Below, piece by piece: positions 28,144-32,352 of a stretch of DNA of 32,352 nucleotides; position 1 is the stretch's first letter, and each line of letters starts with the position of its first letter. The DNA lies in the NCBI GenBank assembly GCA_044370815.1, contig JBILUU010000001.1, positions 1-32,352 on the forward strand, read 5' to 3'. Below the pieces are notes generated by a model. It saw nothing but the letters and a program-made list of their open reading frames with translations, did no database searches and was not told the DNA's origin. The stretch is from Bacteroidia bacterium (GTDB lineage Bacteria > Bacteroidota > Bacteroidia > UBA4408). A program made the position numbers and the translations under genes.

Positions 28144-30261
28144 TTGGGCCTATTCTCATCTCAAGAAAAAGAAAATTACTTGCGCATTGCCATGGCAGGG
28201 AATCCCAATTCAGGGAAATCAACCTTGTTTAACCTGCTTACCGGCTTACGCCAAAAAACAGGGAATTTCCCCGGTGTCACTGTTGATTTGCATGTGGGTT
28301 ATACACGACTAAGCAATGGTAAAAAAGTTGAAATAATTGATTTGCCGGGCACTTATAGCTTATTTCCAAAAGCGGCCGATGAACAAGTAACAGTAGAAGT
28401 ACTTTGTAATCCATCTCATAGCAATCATCCGCAGTTAACACTACTGGTGGCCGACTCCTCTAATCTGAAGAGAAGCTTGTATTTGTGTTCGCAATTAATT
28501 GATACGGGCATGCCCGTAATTTTGGTGCTCAATATGATTGATGTAGCTGTGAAAAAATCAATAGCAATCAATCAAGAAAAACTCAGTCAGCTATTGGGTA
28601 TTCCTGTTATTGCTGTAAATTCGGTAGAAGGAAGTGGTATTGTTGAGTTGAAACAGTTAATTGAAAGTTATCAGCAGCGAAATGATCACCCTTTGATACC
28701 TGCAAGTGAAATAAGCGCGCACAATTGGCAAGGCCTTCAACAAATAATTTCTTGCCTAACTCCTTATGATGCATTCGTTACCTTCATCAACAGACGTTTT
28801 CTTAAAGATGCTGCAGAGCAAAAAATAATGGAAGATTTTTTCGCACAACAACAGGTAAATGAGGTGCAATTGCAGACCAACGAGGCAGTTATACGATTTA
28901 AAAAAATTACAGGTGTGATTGAGCAATGTATGGCCTACAAGCAACGCAACAGCTATGAGTTAACACATAAAATTGATAATATCATCACTCATAAAATATG
29001 GGGATTTGTCATTTTTTTAGCCATACTTTTTACGATCTTTCAATTTATATTTTCATTTAGTGCCATTCCAATGGAGTGGATTGAGATGGGCTTTGCCAAC
29101 TTCAGCGAATGGGTGGCTCATACATTGCCGCAAGGAATTTTAAATGATGTAATAACCGGAGGTATATTGGCCGGTTTGAGCGGTGTGGTTGTTTTTATTC
29201 CACAAATAGCATTCTTATTTGCGTTTATTGCCATACTCGAAGATAGTGGTTATATGGCTCGTGTAAGTTTTATTATGGATCGATTGATGCGCAGATTTGG
29301 CCTCAATGGCAAGTCTATCATCCCACTGATTAGCGGTGCCGCCTGTGCAGTGCCGGCTATCATGGGGGCTCGTACCATCAGCAACAACAAAGAGCGTCTC
29401 ATTACCATATTAGTAACTCCGCTTATGAGTTGTAGTGCTCGATTGCCTGTATACACATTGCTTATTGCTTTGGTTGTTCCTAATAAGAATGTAGGGGGGG
29501 TAATCAATTTGCAAGGCGTGGTGTTGATGGCTTTGTACTTAATCGGATTTTTGGCAGCAATAGGAGCAGCGCTCGTGCTTAAGTACTTAATCAAAAGTCG
29601 CGAACAAAGCTATTTTATTATGGAACTGCCTATTTATCGCATGCCACAGGCAAAACAGGTGGGTATGGTGATATACGATAAAGTAAAAGTTTTCTTATTG
29701 GAAGCAGGTAAAATTATAATCGCTATTTCGGTAATTTTATGGTTGATGGCCTCTTTTGCACCGGGCAATCGCATGCAACAAATCGAACAGAAGTATGCAT
29801 CTTTTGGTAACACAATCTCTGAGCAAGAGAGAAGTAATAAAATGGCTGCTGAAAAATTAGAAGCATCTTATGCAGGCATTGCCGGTAAATTGATTGAGCC
29901 AGCAATTGCCCCTTTGGGCTTCGATTGGAAAATTGGAATTAGTTTGGTAACAAGTTTTGCTGCCCGTGAAGTTTTTGTAGGCACCATGGCAACTATATAC
30001 AGTGTAGGCGATCAAGCAGATGAAAGAAGTATAAGACAAAAAATGAAGGAAGAACTCAACCCTACCACATTGCAGCCGGTTTATACCACTGCTGTTGCCT
30101 TTTCATTAATGTTGTTTTATGCTTTTGCCATGCAGTGCATGAGTACCATTGCCGTGGTATATCGAGAAACTAAGGGATATAAATGGCCTCTTGTACAGTT
30201 TTTATTTATGACAGCAATGGCTTGGTTGAGCAGCTTTACTGCATTTCATTTATTGAGCTAA
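28144..30261 (+). CDS. feoB: Ferrous iron transporter B
   Basis: G-domain motifs GNPNSGKST (G1), DLPGTYS (G3) and NMID (G4), followed by a polytopic membrane domain. The start is probably the TTG at 28144, because the frame only opens at 28132 and the first ATG at 28192 would delete the beta1 strand. Confidence 0.93.
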   Translation: MGLFSSQEKENYLRIAMAGNPNSGKSTLFNLLTGLRQKTGNFPGVTVDLHVGYTRLSNGKKVEIIDLPGTYSLFPKAADEQVTVEVLCNPSHSNHPQLTLLVADSSNLKRSLYLCSQLIDTGMPVILVLNMIDVAVKKSIAINQEKLSQLLGIPVIAVNSVEGSGIVELKQLIESYQQRNDHPLIPASEISAHNWQGLQQIISCLTPYDAFVTFINRRFLKDAAEQKIMEDFFAQQQVNEVQLQTNEAVIRFKKITGVIEQCMAYKQRNSYELTHKIDNIITHKIWGFVIFLAILFTIFQFIFSFSAIPMEWIEMGFANFSEWVAHTLPQGILNDVITGGILAGLSGVVVFIPQIAFLFAFIAILEDSGYMARVSFIMDRLMRRFGLNGKSIIPLISGAACAVPAIMGARTISNNKERLITILVTPLMSCSARLPVYTLLIALVVPNKNVGGVINLQGVVLMALYLIGFLAAIGAALVLKYLIKSREQSYFIMELPIYRMPQAKQVGMVIYDKVKVFLLEAGKIIIAISVILWLMASFAPGNRMQQIEQKYASFGNTISEQERSNKMAAEKLEASYAGIAGKLIEPAIAPLGFDWKIGISLVTSFAAREVFVGTMATIYSVGDQADERSIRQKMKEELNPTTLQPVYTTAVAFSLMLFYAFAMQCMSTIAVVYRETKGYKWPLVQFLFMTAMAWLSSFTAFHLLS

Positions 30262-30450
30262 TGCCTCTGATTTTACCGGTAATTTGGCCTGTTCTGTTGT
30301 AGATTTATCATTGTGATACATGCCATAGGTAGGGCATCCACACTTGCTTTTTTTCCTGTAAGGCACATAGGACTTTCTTGTAGGTTTGCACGAAAAAACG
30401 AGGGTGCAAAGCAAAACAAGACTCAAGAAAGCGGTTAAGGATTTATACAT
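30250..30450 (-). CDS. Possible small Cys-containing lipoprotein
   Basis: 66 aa with a signal peptide and lipobox LVFSC and a basic mature part containing CGCP. It is convergent with feoB and overlaps its 3' end by 12 nt. There is no family support. Confidence 0.35.
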   Translation of the reverse strand: MYKSLTAFLSLVLLCTLVFSCKPTRKSYVPYRKKSKCGCPTYGMYHNDKSTTEQAKLPVKSEALAQ

Positions 30451-30557
30451 ACTGCAAAAATAATCAATTTATTGAATGGTTTAGAGAATTGCCTATGCTG
30501 CGAACGGAGCCAAATCATTTCCTCAAAGTTCTTGTTACTTTATTCAATAATTGTTCC

Positions 30558-30587
30558 AAAAAAAAAGCCCCGCATTTTAGCAGGGCC
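30558..30587 (-). terminator. Rho-independent terminator downstream of tRNA-Gln
   Basis: The minus strand reads gccctgc-taaaat-gcggggc followed by a T9 run. The stem is 7 bp with one G-U pair. Confidence 0.6.
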
Positions 30588-30594
30588 TTTTACG

Positions 30595-30665
30595 TTGTCC
30601 GACAAGGGCTCGAACCTTGAATGACAGAATCAAAATCTGGAGTGTTACCATTACACCATCGGACA
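30595..30665 (-). tRNA. tRNA-Gln (anticodon UUG)
   Basis: Hand-folded cloverleaf. The acceptor is TGTCCGA/TCGGACA, the anticodon arm CCAGA-TTTTGAT-TCTGT (one 27-43 mismatch), and the T arm CAAGG-TTCGAGC-CCTTG. No CCA is encoded. Confidence 0.88.
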
Positions 30666-30674
30666 ATGAGGGCA

Positions 30675-30682
30675 CAAAATTA
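30675..30682 (-). promoter_or_regulatory. Candidate -7 box (TAATTTTG) for tRNA-Gln
   Basis: The plus strand caaaatta equals minus-strand TAATTTTG and matches TAnnTTTG, 10 nt upstream of the tRNA 5' end. No clear -33 TTTG was found. Confidence 0.35.
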
Positions 30683-30799
30683 AAGCAAATATTTTTTTAA
30701 AGCAATAAAAATTAAAGAAAAATAAAATAATACTCCTATTATAGTTGAGTACCACATTTTTAGCCATTTACCAATATGCTTTTTTGCTCCAATTAATCG

Positions 30800-31005
30800 G
30801 TAATAGTTAAGAATGCAACGCACCTGCTATTTTATGAGGGTAATTCCGCATAGCAGGTATTTTCAATCCATTGATTCAATGGATTGAATTACTGCTATTT
30901 CAGCGATTCCGCATTTTCTAATGCGGAATTTGGGTTGAACCCAAGGGTTTAATAACCGCTGTTTTGGCGAATCTAGATTTTCTAGGGGAATTTTGGTTTC
31001 ACGCA
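30800..31005. repeat. Hairpin-rich dispersed intergenic repeat, copy 2 (longer, three tandem modules)
   Basis: Homologous to 25605-25765. It carries three hairpins: acctgctat/atagcaggt (30822-30858), tcaatccatt-gattc-aatggattga (30863-30887) and attccgcatt-ttct-aatgcggaat (30906-30929). A degenerate extra module follows (30950-31005). Confidence 0.75.
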
Positions 31006-31081
31006 GCTAGGCTTACACGTGCTTTTTATCATTGTATGAATAGCTATTTCAATGACTTATTTACTCATTTAGCATCTTTAT

Positions 31082-31111
31082 TTTGTGAAATAAAAAAAAG
31101 CGTTACATTTG
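31082..31111 (+). promoter_or_regulatory. Candidate Bacteroidota sigma-A promoter for tRNA-Phe
   Basis: TTTG at 31082-31085, an 18-nt spacer, then TACATTTG at 31104-31111 (exact TAnnTTTG). The tRNA 5' end lies 15 nt downstream. Confidence 0.45.
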
Positions 31112-31125
31112 CACCCCAACTCTGA

Positions 31126-31198
31126 GGTACCTTAGCTCAGTTGGTAGAGCAAAGGACTGAAAATCCTTGTGTCCCTGGTTCGATTCCTGGAGGTACCA
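31126..31198 (+). tRNA. tRNA-Phe (anticodon GAA)
   Basis: The acceptor is GGTACCT/AGGTACC plus discriminator A, and the D arm is GCTC-AGTTGGTA-GAGC. The anticodon arm is AAGGA-CTGAAAA-TCCTT. The T arm CCTGG-TTCGATT-CCTGG has one central U-U mismatch. Confidence 0.9.
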
Positions 31199-31203
31199 CG
31201 CTA

Positions 31204-31242
31204 CGGGAAGACTTAGATAAAACTAAGTTCTTCCCGTTTTTT
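31204..31242 (+). terminator. Rho-independent terminator after tRNA-Phe
   Basis: cgggaagacttag-(ataaaa)-ctaagttcttcccg (13-bp stem with a 1-nt bulge) followed by T6. Confidence 0.7.
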
Positions 31243-31357
31243 GTTTTATTGGAAGGCTTGGTATCATTGCAAATTAGAGCGAAGGCTTCATTCAAAGAAG
31301 TGGTTCGATACTCACCTTTTGAAAAAATCAACTTTTCAGGAAATATTTAACTACTAA

Positions 31358-31690
31358 TTATTTTAACTCCAAACTTTCAACCATCATTTTAAGCTCATTT
31401 GGTTTTAAATCTGGCTTTTCTCCTTTGTCGTAAATTGTTAGAAGGTAAACAGTTTTACTAGCAACATAAACATAAGTAATAACTCTAGCTCCACCACTTT
31501 TTCCTTTTTTTTTACTCGTAATGGCCAAACGTATTTTATGACAGTTATTACCTATCAATATTCCTGTTTTAGGATCTGATGAAATTTCTGAAATTAGATT
31601 GGCAAATTCATCCTTTAGAGAATTAAATTTTTTTGAAAGTCGTTTTAGCTCCTTCTCAAAGCGAAGAGTAGGTATAATACTATAACTCAT
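31358..31690 (-). CDS. Type II toxin-antitoxin system RelE/ParE-family toxin
   Basis: 110 aa. GKSGGARVITYV...VYLLTIYDKGEKPDL is the recurrent signature of Bacteroidota RelE/ParE-type addiction-module toxins. It overlaps the upstream small gene by 11 nt. Confidence 0.8.
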   Translation of the reverse strand: MSYSIIPTLRFEKELKRLSKKFNSLKDEFANLISEISSDPKTGILIGNNCHKIRLAITSKKKGKSGGARVITYVYVASKTVYLLTIYDKGEKPDLKPNELKMMVESLELK

Positions 31691-31889
31691 TAAGTAAATC
31701 TTGAGCAGTTTTCAATTTTAATTTTCCTTGTTTATGTAATTTTACCTGATCAGCCGCTTCCTTAAGATCTTCCCAAAGTCCTACTGAAGTTTTGCTCATT
31801 GTTTTTGCTTTTTTTACAAAGGAAAGGCTTTTTAAAACCTTCATTCCGAAATTGGCTTCATTATCAGGTATGTCAATCAGTACTTTCAT
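31680..31889 (-). CDS. Putative cognate antitoxin
   Basis: A 69-aa ORF immediately upstream of, and overlapping, the toxin gene, which is the classic antitoxin-first arrangement. No independent family motif was recognised. Confidence 0.55.
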   Translation of the reverse strand: MKVLIDIPDNEANFGMKVLKSLSFVKKAKTMSKTSVGLWEDLKEAADQVKLHKQGKLKLKTAQDLLNEL

Positions 31890-32044
31890 TGTTTAATTTT
31901 TTATGCTTTATTTATTCTATATCACTTTTTAGATAACAGTACAAATTTACAAAATCAGCAGCAATAAAAATAATTATCCGAAATTACATCAACACTTTTT
32001 ACAATATAAATCCTAATTCTGCTACCTTTGAAAAGCCTATCCCA

Positions 32045-32352
32045 ATGGCATCATTTTACAGATACGACCAAATGAACCGTTTAAAAAAGGTACAAAGTTA
32101 TGACCACAGTAATCATCAAGGAACTGCTTGGGATGCTTACACTGCCGATGATAGGTATCAAATGCAATTATCATACGACATGAATGGCAATATTTTAACT
32201 TTACAACGTAACGGTAACGATAATAATAACTTGGTAATGGATAATTTTAATTACAATTATTATTCTTTAAGCAATGGAACACCTCAAAATATTCAGTTAA
32301 CAGGATTTAATGGAAACAATACAAATATTGCAACAAACCGCCTGAGTCTATT
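32045..32352 (+). CDS. RHS/YD-repeat protein, partial (runs off the window); the ORF opens inside the repeat region
   Basis: My own translation from the ATG at 32045 reads MASFYRYDQMNRLKKVQSYDHSN...RYQMQLSYDMNGNILTLQRNG..., which shows YD-repeat periodicity (YxYDxxNRL, YDxxGNI). The frame is closed by a TAA at 31934-31936, so no long N-terminal region exists here. This ORF is not in the supplied track. Confidence 0.6.
   Translation, partial: MASFYRYDQMNRLKKVQSYDHSNHQGTAWDAYTADDRYQMQLSYDMNGNILTLQRNGNDNNNLVMDNFNYNYYSLSNGTPQNIQLTGFNGNNTNIATNRLSL

Noticed and set aside
25509-31005. I considered a CRISPR-array interpretation of the repeat modules. Their period is about 64-68 nt. The core CTGCTATTTTATGAGGGTAAT is, from memory only, reminiscent of T-rich direct repeats in Bacteroidota class 2 CRISPR loci.
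   Set aside because: The would-be spacers (for example tcaatccattgattcaatggattga) are conserved between the two loci and are themselves palindromic or complementary to the adjacent 'repeat'. The modules are only about 70% similar to each other with indels. No cas genes are in the window. The resemblance to known direct repeats could not be verified without a database.
31301-31310. A possible att-type direct repeat of the tRNA-Phe 3' end (tggttcgat occurs in the T-arm and again at 31301).
   Set aside because: Only 9 nt match before the sequences diverge. This is plausible by chance across the roughly 1.2 kb examined, and the site lies before the TA genes rather than beyond any cargo.
31137-31350. 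Two ORFs (31141-31350 on the plus strand, 31137-31331 on the minus strand) overlap tRNA-Phe.
   Set aside because: Their 5' or 3' portions are translations of the tRNA and its terminator hairpin, so they are spurious.

Overview
This is an AT-rich chromosomal segment that looks Bacteroidota-type. The signs are many lipobox lipoproteins, a TonB-dependent receptor with a CarboxypepD_reg N-domain, a Bacteroides-type sdhCAB operon, TAnnTTTG-like -7 boxes and no obvious Shine-Dalgarno sites. Most of the window is densely packed housekeeping: a PaaE-like ferredoxin reductase, sdhCAB, nadK, thyA, lipB, a SIS-type PGI/PMI isomerase, thioredoxins, an M14 peptidase, folE-queD, an mqnB-like hydrolase, feoAB, tRNA-Gln and tRNA-Phe. 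Five things deserve a second look. (1) A hairpin-rich, internally modular repeat of about 120-200 nt occurs twice in direct orientation, in the two longest intergenic regions (about 25.6 kb and 30.8 kb), and no listed feature explains it. (2) An MbnP-like (WxW) lipoprotein is tightly coupled to a di-haem MauG/MbnH-like peroxidase, outside any methanobactin context. (3) An orphan SiaC-like DUF1987 gene heads a co-directional set that ends in a 996-aa ABCG-type half-transporter with a long non-transporter N-terminus and a C-terminal coiled-coil plus extra TM helix. (4) A RelE/ParE-type toxin-antitoxin pair and an RHS/YD-repeat ORF that opens mid-repeat lie directly downstream of tRNA-Phe, which may be an island edge. 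(5) A rhodanese-thioredoxin fusion lipoprotein sits next to trxA and a DUF983 gene. All function calls rest on motifs read by eye from the supplied translations. No database search was possible.
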